A stretch of DNA of 64,000 nt from contig CAZYCE010000005.1 in assembly GCA_964645605.1 (NCBI GenBank), forward strand, positions 362 to 64,361, read 5' to 3'. This document shows positions 38,115 through 47,955 of the stretch, piece by piece; within the stretch, counting starts at the first letter, position 1, and each line of letters opens with the position of its first letter. The notes under the pieces are model-generated. The model saw only the letters and a program-made list of their open reading frames with translations, ran no database searches and was not told where the DNA came from. The stretch comes from an uncultured Gammaproteobacteria bacterium. Lineage in GTDB: Bacteria; Patescibacteriota; Microgenomatia; UBA8517. The position numbers and the translations under genes are program-made.

Positions 38115-38336
38115 ATGGTTACAATTCGACTTTCAAGATTCGGTAGGAAAAATGCCCCTTTTTACAGAATTGTTGTCACTGACGCAAGAAAGAAAACGAC
38201 GGGAGGGGTAATTGATTATATCGGAACATGGAATCCCATTAAGAAATTAAAAGAGATTGATAATGAAAAACTTTCATCTTGGACAAAAAAGGGTGCTCAA
38301 CTCAGTGCTTCGGTTAAAAAGATATTGGAGAAATAA
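38115..38336 (+). CDS. rpsP: 30S ribosomal protein S16
   Basis: MVTIRLSRFGRKNAPFYRIVV. Confidence 0.95.
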   Translation: MVTIRLSRFGRKNAPFYRIVVTDARKKTTGGVIDYIGTWNPIKKLKEIDNEKLSSWTKKGAQLSASVKKILEK

Positions 38337-38339
38337 ATT

Positions 38340-38567
38340 ATGAAAGAATTATTAGAATTTTTACTTAAAGGCATCCTGGGAGAAGAAAAATTTGAAATAT
38401 CTGAGAATGAAGACAACGGCAGGATTTCATATCTAATTAAAACCTCACCTGAAAACATGGGTCTTGTTATCGGCAAGGGCGGACGCATGATAAAGTCTTT
38501 AAGAAACATTCTTAAGGTGCGTGCTACTCTGGAAAAAACTGTAGTTTCTTTGAATGTTGAGGAATAG
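38340..38567 (+). CDS. khpA: KH-domain RNA-binding protein
   Basis: MGLVIGKGGRMIKSLR; follows rpsP. Confidence 0.88.
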   Translation: MKELLEFLLKGILGEEKFEISENEDNGRISYLIKTSPENMGLVIGKGGRMIKSLRNILKVRATLEKTVVSLNVEE

Positions 38568-38582
38568 GGTCTTCTCTTTTGT

Positions 38583-39269
38583 CTATTGACCAAAAGGGTT
38601 TGGATTTATGCCACCCGACAACTCAGGAGTTATCTCTGAAAATGCCGGCTGGGAAAGATTGCTTATTTCTGATAACAAGCTCCTCTCATCGGAAGTCAGA
38701 TCGGTCACGGCCTGAGTCACTGTAGGGATCGTTTTGGGAAGGGGCGCAAAAAACGTCTTTGTAACTATTGTGGCTTTCGCAATATCTCCGGACTCATCAA
38801 AGTCCACCTTGCTCACCAAAGTTACCGGAGCTATAGTATCTATAGATTTCACAAATGCTATCACCCCTTCCTTCGGTCCGCTTATTTCCACATTACTGGT
38901 AACATAGGACAAACCGGAATCTGAAACGGACAGTGACGATTTTATTGAATCCACAACCAACATATTCGTCAAAACTAATGACTTTATTTGGGATTGTACT
39001 TGAATTGCCGGATTGCTTTTGGGAAGAGCAATCAAAGCGGCGTTAGATCCGGTTTCAGACAATTGGGAAACTCTACTCAGAATATCATACTTGCTTGACA
39101 GTAACGATTGAATTTTTTTAACTTCGGTAATTTGATTTCTTAAATTTGTAATTTGACCTATACCGAATTTTCCGACAACAAAAAACAAAACCAAAATAAT
39201 AAGCGCCGGTGCAACGGACTTCAAAATCTGTTTGTCATTCTCGGATATTTTTATATTAATATTTTCCAT
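38583..39269 (-). CDS. PilO-like protein
   Basis: TM plus coiled coil, ends NPF; third gene of the pilM operon. Confidence 0.6.
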   Translation of the reverse strand: MENINIKISENDKQILKSVAPALIILVLFFVVGKFGIGQITNLRNQITEVKKIQSLLSSKYDILSRVSQLSETGSNAALIALPKSNPAIQVQSQIKSLVLTNMLVVDSIKSSLSVSDSGLSYVTSNVEISGPKEGVIAFVKSIDTIAPVTLVSKVDFDESGDIAKATIVTKTFFAPLPKTIPTVTQAVTDLTSDERSLLSEISNLSQPAFSEITPELSGGINPNPFGQ

Positions 39270-39275
39270 ATTTGG

Positions 39276-39818
39276 CTATTGTACGGCAATTTGATTTAAG
39301 CCTACGTCCAAAGAATATTTGTTTTGTGTGTAATTAAAAGTAGAAAGTTCCACCTCATCAAAAAGTGTGGAATTTCTTAGATATTGAAGAAATGTGGTCA
39401 AATCTTCATTTGAATAAATATCCAACCTCATACTTACTTCTGAAGGAGTAATGCTAACTTCACTCATTTTCATGGTGGGTGATGAATTGTTAATCATTGA
39501 ATTCAAGCTGGCAACATTTTTTGTTGCGCTAGGTTCTTTTTTGATAGAAGATATTTTTCCCAGTCTGTCCTTTAGTAAAATCAATTGTTGCTCACTTGCC
39601 TCTAGTGCAGCAACCTGGGTCTTAAGTTGATTCATATTAGTATTGGCATTATCCAAACTAATCTTGCTAAAAATGAAAAAACCCACCATTCCCACGCAAA
39701 ATATGCTAAAGCAAACAATTAAAATGACGCCCAACGATCTGATTGTTTTAAGGGTAGAGGCAAGCCCTCTGCTTACTTGTAGATCCTCTGGTAAAAGATT
39801 CAAATTGTCGGGCGTCAT
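39276..39818 (-). CDS. PilN-like protein
   Basis: N-terminal LNLLP PilM-binding motif, TM helix. Confidence 0.75.
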   Translation of the reverse strand: MTPDNLNLLPEDLQVSRGLASTLKTIRSLGVILIVCFSIFCVGMVGFFIFSKISLDNANTNMNQLKTQVAALEASEQQLILLKDRLGKISSIKKEPSATKNVASLNSMINNSSPTMKMSEVSITPSEVSMRLDIYSNEDLTTFLQYLRNSTLFDEVELSTFNYTQNKYSLDVGLNQIAVQ

Positions 39819-39823
39819 ATAAG

Positions 39824-40837
39824 TTAATCGCGCATTGCAAGTCCCACAGCAACACCGTAAAGCGGCGCAAATGATGCAAGTTTTTGTGCAAAGCCGGCAT
39901 CTACCTGAACGTGCATAAAGGGATTCCCTGCCAGAACTTCCATACCAACTATTTTTGAAAAAGCGGTAAGCATCTCGGGCATACTGCTTGATCCACCTGT
40001 CATTATTAAAGAAGTGGGCATTTCTCCTTTTTCCTGGGTAAGGTAATAATTAATAGCTTTTTTGATTTCATCGGCAACCATACGTACCACAGAATCCAGC
40101 GCCCCTTTGATCTTGCCTTCGAGCTGGTCTGACGATAAACCGTAGGCTTTCTTATATTCCTCGGCTTGTTGCGGTGTTATCGAAAGTGTTTGAGAGACGG
40201 CCCTTGTAAACGCATCTCCTGCAATTGGCAAGGAGCGTGAGAAGGAAAGAAGGCCTTTATTGACTATGGCCAGATTCGTTGAAGATCCACCCAGATCAAC
40301 CAAAAGAACAGTTTTATCGGCTGGAGAGAGCGCGCGACTAAGTGCAATCAACTCCGTTTCAACAGCAACAGGGGTAAGGCCTGCCATGCGGACTACCCTA
40401 ACATATTTCTCAACAATCAGTCGTGGTGCCGCAACGAGAAGTACGGTAACCCCTGAGTCAGTTCCAACCCCCTCGTTTCTTTTCAAGACGGTGTGCTGGA
40501 CAATTGCTTCACTAACCGGTATAGGGATGTATTGTTCAGCCTCCCATTTTATCGCAGAGGCTATTTCGCTATCGGTCAGAGGCGGAAATTTTATCGTTCG
40601 AGTAAAAGCCAGAGGTTCGGGAATAGACAAAATCGCCTCTTTAGATGTAATTTTTGTCTCCATGCAAAGTTTTTTAATAACCTGGGCGATAGAAGCCATC
40701 TCTTTATCTTCTGACATTTTATCAACTGTGGTTCCCGAATAACCCACAACCCCCGATGAGACCAATGAATATGAAGCCCCGTTTTTTTCTAATTCAACAA
40801 TCTTGATAGTTTTACTTCCTATGTCAATTCCCAACAT
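39824..40837 (-). CDS. pilM: Type IV pilus assembly protein PilM
   Basis: GIDIGSKTIKIVE, VDLGG, TGGSS, AVGLAMR. Confidence 0.93.
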   Translation of the reverse strand: MLGIDIGSKTIKIVELEKNGASYSLVSSGVVGYSGTTVDKMSEDKEMASIAQVIKKLCMETKITSKEAILSIPEPLAFTRTIKFPPLTDSEIASAIKWEAEQYIPIPVSEAIVQHTVLKRNEGVGTDSGVTVLLVAAPRLIVEKYVRVVRMAGLTPVAVETELIALSRALSPADKTVLLVDLGGSSTNLAIVNKGLLSFSRSLPIAGDAFTRAVSQTLSITPQQAEEYKKAYGLSSDQLEGKIKGALDSVVRMVADEIKKAINYYLTQEKGEMPTSLIMTGGSSSMPEMLTAFSKIVGMEVLAGNPFMHVQVDAGFAQKLASFAPLYGVAVGLAMRD

Positions 40838-40897
40838 GGCAGTTTATATTTCATTTAACACTAAAACAGGCAGTTGCGTCAAGGTTGGATAATTTAA

Positions 40898-41770
40898 TTA
40901 CTGAATATTGACAGTCCCGTTAGGATAAAAAAGAGAAAAGCCGCTAAAGGGATAATCTGCCCAGCTTTGAAACACGTAGACGCTACGATTACTCACGGTT
41001 CCTCCCTCAGTACCAGACGTGCCTCTGGAGGTAATTTCCAGTCCCTGACTGGGAAAAGGGCTCCCCGCGCTAAAACCGATAGGCTGGGGGGAGGAGTTAT
41101 ATAGCATTCTGGCTTTTGCAAAAAGTAGGGCATTAGTGTTTGATCCTAAATCCGAAAGGTTAATTGTTTTCTTGAAAGCATAACTTTTGCCGTCAATTGT
41201 ACAGCCGTTGGTCACAGATTGTTCGAAGGAATTAGCCGGAGACCTCACGACATAAGGATCATAGGCACCTCTTACAATTTTAACACCGGAAAAATCCGTA
41301 AAATCCCTTACTGTTTGATAATAAATACTCACCTCCAAAGCCGGAGTTAGCCCATCAATTACCCCGCCTGGTACCCCCCAACAAATGTTGAGATCTGTTC
41401 CTGAAAAGCAAGGTTTATTGGCGCTGCAAACCAATTCTCCATCGGCATCATGGGAAACAAACCAAAGGGTCACTGTCTCGCCTGATGAAAGAGGTGTTTG
41501 GTGATTGTAGGTTAAAGACCCGCCGCTAACTACATTGACGGAATATGAAGCGTTTCCAATATTTACATTGGTCGCACCCTCACCCGTAATCAAAGCATTT
41601 TCGACCCCTGCCTCGGCAGCGGAAAAGGCGCGAACCGAGTCCGATTGTTGGGTGGTTGTGGAAATATCACTCACCGAGCGGGAAAGTGTAAAAAGTACAA
41701 CAGTCAGAACAACAGAAAGCGAAAGGAGAACCACAACTATAGCCTGACCTGATTCAAAACTTTTTCGCAT
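40898..41770 (-). CDS. PilX-like minor pilin
   Basis: SGQAIVVVLL...AFSAAEAGVE. Confidence 0.75.
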   Translation of the reverse strand: MRKSFESGQAIVVVLLSLSVVLTVVLFTLSRSVSDISTTTQQSDSVRAFSAAEAGVENALITGEGATNVNIGNASYSVNVVSGGSLTYNHQTPLSSGETVTLWFVSHDADGELVCSANKPCFSGTDLNICWGVPGGVIDGLTPALEVSIYYQTVRDFTDFSGVKIVRGAYDPYVVRSPANSFEQSVTNGCTIDGKSYAFKKTINLSDLGSNTNALLFAKARMLYNSSPQPIGFSAGSPFPSQGLEITSRGTSGTEGGTVSNRSVYVFQSWADYPFSGFSLFYPNGTVNIQ

Positions 41771-41820
41771 TACATATCAGTTTAACAATACAAATAGGCA
41801 ATTGCAATTCTCGGCAAAAA

Positions 41821-42339
41821 TTAATTTCTCAGATAAATTATTGTCTGCGTGGACAATGTCGCACCAATTTTCCCTGATTCAGATGCGTCGGTTGCCGTAA
41901 TATCAAAGGTAACCATAGCAGGCTGTGCGGGGCCGGCAGGATATTCACATATAAAAGAGCATGACGTGACCTTGATTGCACCGGAGGTTATACTGGTTGC
42001 TTTAGTTCCTGACCCTGATGCAAGCCGGCCATTAGTGCTGCCTATATCGAGACAAGAAAATTCCGTCAAGTTGCCGTATTGATCATAATAAGACAAAGTT
42101 TGGACGGAGCCGTCTGTCGGACAGGAATTAATTTTACTTGCATTCCTAAGGTTTCTTTCAATTACCGTTACTGAATAATTAAGGTTTTCCCTAACTCTGA
42201 TTTCGGATTCGCTCTTTTTAGTTCCCTGCAGAGTGAGTATTAAAGAACTTGTAACCAATGTTCCAAGAATGGCAAAAATAGTAATCGCTACCATTATTTC
42301 TATCAAACTTAAACCCCTTGTTAAATTTTCTTTTTTCAT
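41821..42339 (-). CDS. Minor pilin (PilW-like)
   Basis: RG|LSLIEIMV prepilin site. Confidence 0.8.
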   Translation of the reverse strand: MKKENLTRGLSLIEIMVAITIFAILGTLVTSSLILTLQGTKKSESEIRVRENLNYSVTVIERNLRNASKINSCPTDGSVQTLSYYDQYGNLTEFSCLDIGSTNGRLASGSGTKATSITSGAIKVTSCSFICEYPAGPAQPAMVTFDITATDASESGKIGATLSTQTIIYLRN

Positions 42340-42803
42340 TTTATTGATAAATCGGTAGCACTACTGACTTCATGGTTTCCTTTTGAATCCTGCCAGGTAA
42401 CTGTAGTTGTTACTCTTGCAACATTTTCTGGGCATTGTGGGTCCGGACAGTCAATAATTTCAACATACCGAGAAAAGATGGTATCCGGAATTGGTAAGCA
42501 AGTCTTTGAACTCTGGAAACTCGGCCATGCAGACGCTGTCGAGTGGGGAAGACTGGCAAAACAATAAACAAAACCAGGTTGGGTAATTTTTGTTTTGAAA
42601 GTTGTATCGTTATTACGAACTTGTCGAAGCCATTCCATCGTTTCCTGAACATAATTGGTAGCTAGATTTTTATCTCTGGCATAGGCAGAGTTCTGAATGG
42701 AATTTAGGGCCACTGCGGTTGTGCCGGTTATAATTAGAGCTATAATCCCCACCGCAATAACCACTTCGAAAAGTGATTGTCCAGAATGTATTTTTGTTTT
42801 CAT
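42336..42803 (-). CDS. Minor pilin (PilV-like)
   Basis: SG|QSLFEVV prepilin site. Confidence 0.8.
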   Translation of the reverse strand: MKTKIHSGQSLFEVVIAVGIIALIITGTTAVALNSIQNSAYARDKNLATNYVQETMEWLRQVRNNDTTFKTKITQPGFVYCFASLPHSTASAWPSFQSSKTCLPIPDTIFSRYVEIIDCPDPQCPENVARVTTTVTWQDSKGNHEVSSATDLSIK

Positions 42804-43288
42804 TTAATTGATCCTCCGGAATTAATACTTATGGTTACCGAATTGTTCGTTGACTGTTGAGTAATTTTGATACGCGCAATACTGCCATTCGGAATATTTG
42901 TTCCCTGTCCCAAGACTTTAAAGACGGTAGGGTTCGGCTGAAAACCTGCAACATCAAATGATATTCCGTCCGGAAGAGTATATGATTTAATAAGTGGAGT
43001 CGCCCCACAAACAGCTTTAATTTCATAAGATGATGCCGATAAGGTCAATCCGAACTGAATACCGTCCAAGGATGAGGTGCATCCTGCTGGTTTTTCTCCC
43101 GAAAGAGACATTTGCTGGGCCAGACGTAAATCTCCCTCAACCTGCTTGGCAATTCCCAATAAAGTTTGGCGTCTGGAAAAACTTCTGTAACTTGCATACC
43201 CAACACTAAAAAGAATACCAATAATGGTCATTACCACCAAAACCTCAATGAGTGTATATCCGGACATTCGATATTTAAATTTCTTCAT
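42800..43288 (-). CDS. Minor pilin (FimT/GspH-like)
   Basis: SG|YTLIEVLVV. Confidence 0.8.
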   Translation of the reverse strand: MKKFKYRMSGYTLIEVLVVMTIIGILFSVGYASYRSFSRRQTLLGIAKQVEGDLRLAQQMSLSGEKPAGCTSSLDGIQFGLTLSASSYEIKAVCGATPLIKSYTLPDGISFDVAGFQPNPTVFKVLGQGTNIPNGSIARIKITQQSTNNSVTISINSGGSIK

Positions 43289-43307
43289 TAGCGTACTTCC
43301 TCTTAAT

Positions 43308-43751
43308 TCAAGGGTTTATGATTTTGTAATTGCAACCGGCCCCGCAATTTGACCCGCAGGTTACCGAGGTTCCTCCCTGTTCGAGTGAGGCGCAAAGGGT
43401 GTATGTAATTCCGTCTGAAGAATAACTATAGCTTCGTGCAGGATCCATAGAATCCTTAGGGATTAAACTTGAGTATGTATTTGGGGATGGACAGCTGCCC
43501 ACCAAAGGACTGCCAAAACTTACCTGAGCAGTGAGCGGGTATTTTCCACAGTCTGCTTTGTACATTTCAATCGCACTTCTGATTTGCTCCAAATCCGCTT
43601 TTCTTTTACCATCGCGGGCTGATTTTCTGGCCTCCTGCATTCCAAAAACTGAAAGAGCGAGTAATATTCCCATAATAGATATGACAACCAAAAGTTCTAT
43701 CAAGGTAAAGGCGGAGTATTTATAGCTATATTTTATATTTTTATATCTCAT
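43308..43751 (-). CDS. GspG-like pilin
   Basis: A|FTLIELLVV, ARD..RKADL...A.E.Y..D.G.YP. Confidence 0.85.
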   Translation of the reverse strand: MRYKNIKYSYKYSAFTLIELLVVISIMGILLALSVFGMQEARKSARDGKRKADLEQIRSAIEMYKADCGKYPLTAQVSFGSPLVGSCPSPNTYSSLIPKDSMDPARSYSYSSDGITYTLCASLEQGGTSVTCGSNCGAGCNYKIINP

Positions 43752-43753
43752 GT

Positions 43754-44254
43754 TTATGGACAGGAATTTATATTTGGCTGGGACGTGCTACTAGAAACCG
43801 TGCCAGATGAACAAAGAAACCAATATCCTTCCACATTCTCTGTCTTTGACCACAAAATGTATTTTATTGCTTTTAAGCTTCCATCATTATTATCTCCGTC
43901 AGATTGGTAATGGTAAAAATATGTATTATCAGCATTAAATTTGGGATCGACGGGGCAGGTACCCTGAGGTAAACCCAAAGTGCCGAAGCAAAACTGTTCT
44001 GCCGAAGCATTTAAGCCTGTATACCACATTGGATACATGCCATTTTTTTTATCAGCTAAAATTTCAACAGCATTCTGATACCATCTGAGGTCGGATTTTC
44101 TCTTGGTATCTCTGGCTTGTTTTTGGGAAGACGTAAATGAAACGGTGGCAAGAGCTGCCAAAATTCCTATTATTGAAATAACAACCAAAAGTTCAATTAA
44201 AGTAAACCCGCGCTTCTGTTTTGTAATTTGCAACTTGTAATCTATGTTTTTCAT
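43754..44254 (-). CDS. GspG-like pilin
   Basis: RG|FTLIELLVV, ARD..RKSDL. Confidence 0.85.
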   Translation of the reverse strand: MKNIDYKLQITKQKRGFTLIELLVVISIIGILAALATVSFTSSQKQARDTKRKSDLRWYQNAVEILADKKNGMYPMWYTGLNASAEQFCFGTLGLPQGTCPVDPKFNADNTYFYHYQSDGDNNDGSLKAIKYILWSKTENVEGYWFLCSSGTVSSSTSQPNINSCP

Positions 44255-44255
44255 T

Positions 44256-44696
44256 CTATGGTTCGACCGAATATTGGCAACCTGCCCCATCCGCACAAGT
44301 TAATATGTTTCCGTCTAGGTCCGTATCACATTTTGTATCGCTTTTATTTTCAAGGCAAGCAGTTAGTGTAAAAGTTTCATTAACCGGATCGAAGCTATAT
44401 TGATATGAATGGTCGGGAAGGGGATCTTTGGGAAGTGCATTCATGTAAACAGTGCTCCCTGAAGAAAAAGGCTCTCCCCATACAATTGCGGTTGCTGCCG
44501 GATAGCTTCCTACATCGTTATAATAAAGTCTGAGTGCCGTTCGAACACTGTTCATGTCGGCTTTACGCACAGCATCACGGGCACGACTTCTGGCAGCATT
44601 TAGATTTGCAACGATTAGTGTTGCCAAAATTCCAATAATAGAAACTACTACAAGAAGTTCGATAAGGGTAAATCCCTGTTTGGCAGCTTTAATCAT
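44256..44696 (-). CDS. GspG-like pilin
   Basis: QG|FTLIELLVV, P.DP, ACLEN. Confidence 0.85.
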   Translation of the reverse strand: MIKAAKQGFTLIELLVVVSIIGILATLIVANLNAARSRARDAVRKADMNSVRTALRLYYNDVGSYPAATAIVWGEPFSSGSTVYMNALPKDPLPDHSYQYSFDPVNETFTLTACLENKSDTKCDTDLDGNILTCADGAGCQYSVEP

Positions 44697-44730
44697 AATT
44701 TAATAATACTATAAAGTTCCACGCGTTACA

Positions 44731-45300
44731 TTAAAGACCTGGGTCTGTTGCCCTAATATTAGGACTGGTAATTGAAAAATTGCAAGAAGCCGAGCCGCAG
44801 GTTACCCCCTCCGGAAGGACGGGTGGGGTAGTACAGTTTCCTCCAATACAGGCGTTACTATCCTGTGAATTTTCCAAATGTGCATAAAGTTGGAAGCTTT
44901 GATTATTGTTGGTGGAGCGGTAATAATAATTTAGCCCACCGGAAGGGTCTTTCGGTATAGATTTCAAATAAACCGTCTTTCCGTCAGTAAATTGCTTTTC
45001 TTCATCGCCCCACTCACAAGAGGAACCCGTTCCGTTTTCGGGATCGTATTCACACCCTAAAATATTTCCAGCCAAAGAACCCGGGTATCGTTCATTGTCG
45101 TTATAAAAAAGTTCCATGGCTTTGGCTATTTGGCTGAGATCGGACTTTCTCCGGGCATCACGGGCCTTCATTTGGGATGTTTGAAATGACGTCAAACTAA
45201 TAACGGCAAGAATTCCCAGTATGGCGATAACAACCAAAAGCTCGACAAGTGTAAACCCTGACCTGAAGCTACGATTCCTATGACTTGAGTTCGGTTTCAT
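44731..45300 (-). CDS. GspG-like pilin
   Basis: SG|FTLVELLVV, IPKDP, AHLEN. Confidence 0.85.
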   Translation of the reverse strand: MKPNSSHRNRSFRSGFTLVELLVVIAILGILAVISLTSFQTSQMKARDARRKSDLSQIAKAMELFYNDNERYPGSLAGNILGCEYDPENGTGSSCEWGDEEKQFTDGKTVYLKSIPKDPSGGLNYYYRSTNNNQSFQLYAHLENSQDSNACIGGNCTTPPVLPEGVTCGSASCNFSITSPNIRATDPGL

Positions 45301-45332
45301 TGGCAGTTTATCAGTCTATATCAATAATATTA

Positions 45333-45923
45333 CTACTTTTTAAGTAATCTCGCCGCATCTTCTTCTTCACATTGCCGTAAAGTCTTTGGAATATCACAAT
45401 TTACCGAACGGCCAATATTGCAAATTCTCGTGCCGCAGCCAAGTCCTTCCGCCACTATCCTGGCATCGACTTCGGGCTCATTACCTCCTTCCATAGAAGC
45501 AAATAATTGATACCTATCACCATCGCTAATGTAGCGATAGCTTGCTCCCTTTTGCCAATCAGGGTCACGAGGAAGAACAGTCATGTATTCTCTCTTGGTC
45601 AGAAGGTTTGCGAACGCATCTTGCCCCCATACGCAAGGAATTGAGTTTATTACCCAAAATCCTTTTTCGTCTTTGTAGGGGGCATCACCGGGTTTAAGAC
45701 AATCCACAATCCTTCCATCTTCCGATGATGGGGGATAAACACCAAAATCTATTTGATATTGGCCAATTGCACCCATAAGAGATCCCATATCATCCCTTCG
45801 AACTTGATCCCTGGAACGCCTAAGACTTGCAGCAAAATTGGGAATGGAAATGGTTGTAAGAATTATAAAAATTACTATTAAGCTGATGGTTTCCGATTTA
45901 GAAAATATTTTTACTTTATGCAT
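45333..45923 (-). CDS. GspG-like pilin with degenerate cleavage site
   Basis: SRD..RR.D...Y..D.G.YP, LPRDP; N-terminus IFSKSE instead of GFTLIE. Confidence 0.7.
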   Translation of the reverse strand: MHKVKIFSKSETISLIVIFIILTTISIPNFAASLRRSRDQVRRDDMGSLMGAIGQYQIDFGVYPPSSEDGRIVDCLKPGDAPYKDEKGFWVINSIPCVWGQDAFANLLTKREYMTVLPRDPDWQKGASYRYISDGDRYQLFASMEGGNEPEVDARIVAEGLGCGTRICNIGRSVNCDIPKTLRQCEEEDAARLLKK

Positions 45924-45924
45924 A

Positions 45925-46536
45925 CTATTCCGTGACTATGCATTCATTAGTTCCGATACACTCGACGCCAAGGCAACTTCCGTAGGTTGGTGTACATATG
46001 GGTTCACAACCCGAACCTTGAACTATCTGCTCTATCTGAACACATGTACCATCTATGCATCCATACGTATAGGGACACGAAACACTTCCGCCAACCGTAA
46101 TTTGTGGTGCATTCGGGGAAGAAACATAAAAGTTGTACAAGCTGCCCGGTCCTATACCCTCAAGAATTTGGGCATCATTTTTATTTTCCAAAACTGTATA
46201 TATCCTGAACCACTTTGCGCAATCTTGGCCGTCTGTTTCGTATATATACGGGCCTTTTGTATGCGGATCACAGGGAACATTGCTTAGATAGGGGTGTATC
46301 GGAATATCTACGGAGTAACCACAAGCCGTTAAAGCCGGCGGATAGCAATTGTGATCCTTTTCGTATTCTTCGACGGCTATTTTAATCCTGTTTAAGTCGG
46401 CTTTTCTTCGTGCGTCAAATCCTTTAGAAATTTGTTTAATGTAGGCAGTGGCCGCAAGTGCAATTAAAAGTCCAATGATTGCAACCACAACCAGCAGTTC
46501 AATTAAAGTAAAGGCCTTGTAAAGCTTTTCTGTCAT
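45925..46536 (-). CDS. GspG-like pilin with Cys-rich tail
   Basis: A|FTLIELLVV, RRKADL, PCDP, multiple C-terminal Cys. Confidence 0.85.
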   Translation of the reverse strand: MTEKLYKAFTLIELLVVVAIIGLLIALAATAYIKQISKGFDARRKADLNRIKIAVEEYEKDHNCYPPALTACGYSVDIPIHPYLSNVPCDPHTKGPYIYETDGQDCAKWFRIYTVLENKNDAQILEGIGPGSLYNFYVSSPNAPQITVGGSVSCPYTYGCIDGTCVQIEQIVQGSGCEPICTPTYGSCLGVECIGTNECIVTE

Positions 46537-47306
46537 ATGCAACCAAAAAGGATTGATATTTTATCTCCAAATATAAATGTCAAGGCAATCCCGGCAATTA
46601 AAAACGGACCAAAGGCTATTTTGGTTTTCATTTTTGCCTTACCCAATAAAATAAGTATGGTTCCAACAATCCCCCCTGTCAAGAAAGATAAAAAGAGCCA
46701 GGTAGGAAGATTAACCAGCCCGACAAGCATTCCGCCAAATACGGCAAATTTAACATCCCCCAAACCCATTCCGCGCCCCTTTGTTAAAAGGTGGATAAGC
46801 ATCAAGAACGAGGCTGCAAGAAACCCCGGGAATAATGTGGTAAATATTGATTGGTGGGTAATAAATTGCGAATATATTAAGACTATAAAAATGCCGGCAA
46901 AAACCAGAGAGTCGGGGATTATCTGATGCTCCAAATCTATTACCAAAATAGTAAATAAGACAACAAATATCGCAAGCATCAGAATCAATTGAAAAATACC
47001 ATATCCGCCTTGAAAGGTTGATCCTTGCAAGGTGGAAAAATAATAGATCAAAGAGAAGCCTACACCCGATGTAAGCTCGATGGTGGGGTAGCGGATTGAA
47101 ATTTTCTTTTTACAGTTCCGGCAACGCCCGCCAAGAATCAGATAGGAAATAAGTGGAATATTGTCATACCAGGCAATTTGGTGTTCGCAATTCGGACACA
47201 TGCTCCTACCATTAACAAAAGATATATTTCTCGGAATTCGGTAGGAAATCGCCGCCGCGAAAGAGCCAAAACATAATCCGCAAACAAATAAAAAAAGGGC
47301 AATCAT
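46533..47306 (-). CDS. pilD: Prepilin peptidase
   Basis: RSMCPNC, WYDNIP, GRCRNC, D..HQIIPD, GMGLGDVK, AFGPFL. Confidence 0.95.
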   Translation of the reverse strand: MIALFLFVCGLCFGSFAAAISYRIPRNISFVNGRSMCPNCEHQIAWYDNIPLISYLILGGRCRNCKKKISIRYPTIELTSGVGFSLIYYFSTLQGSTFQGGYGIFQLILMLAIFVVLFTILVIDLEHQIIPDSLVFAGIFIVLIYSQFITHQSIFTTLFPGFLAASFLMLIHLLTKGRGMGLGDVKFAVFGGMLVGLVNLPTWLFLSFLTGGIVGTILILLGKAKMKTKIAFGPFLIAGIALTFIFGDKISILFGCI

Positions 47307-47334
47307 TAATTTATTTTAGCAGAAAGAAGACCCG

Positions 47335-47874
47335 TTAGGGGAGACAGGAATAATAGACTTCGTTAGCGGCATCACAGGCTTCGTCCGGAAAATCGTCGGG
47401 TGTACCGCTGGTGCATCTTTCTTTAGCTTCAGTCTTAAAAGAACTGGATAGAGGCTCAAAACAGACATAAGTGCTTTCGCCTTGCAATCCGGAATTATAT
47501 ACAAACAACTTATTATAATCTGCACCGGTTATTCTATCAGTAAAAGACGCCTTTATTTCACCTGTACCGACAGCACTTAACTTAGACAAGACTGCATCTG
47601 TACCATCATTCCAACCATCTCCAACCTCCACCCAGCCTGTGGGTTGTGAGGTTGTTGCTTCCGTTACCCAAGGATAATGACCAATCGAAGCATAATACCT
47701 GTCTACCGCACCCAAAAGCTGTTCCGCGTCGGAACGGCTACCCGTATCCCTGCTTCTATTAATTTGCTCAATGGGGTTAATGGCGGAAAGAACCGCGACT
47801 GCCAAAATACCTAGGACTGCGATAACTATAAGAAGTTCGATTAATGTGAAACCTCGAGCAGTTCTTTGTTTCAT
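47335..47874 (-). CDS. Probable major type IV pilin
   Basis: RG|FTLIELLIVIAVLGILA...AINP.EQ; has its own TTGACA promoter. Confidence 0.8.
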   Translation of the reverse strand: MKQRTARGFTLIELLIVIAVLGILAVAVLSAINPIEQINRSRDTGSRSDAEQLLGAVDRYYASIGHYPWVTEATTSQPTGWVEVGDGWNDGTDAVLSKLSAVGTGEIKASFTDRITGADYNKLFVYNSGLQGESTYVCFEPLSSSFKTEAKERCTSGTPDDFPDEACDAANEVYYSCLP

Positions 47875-47955
47875 ATTTGTTTAATAATTAAGTATCAATC
47901 CTACAAAAATTCTTGTCAATAGGCAATTTTGAACCTAAATATTACACCGTTTACT

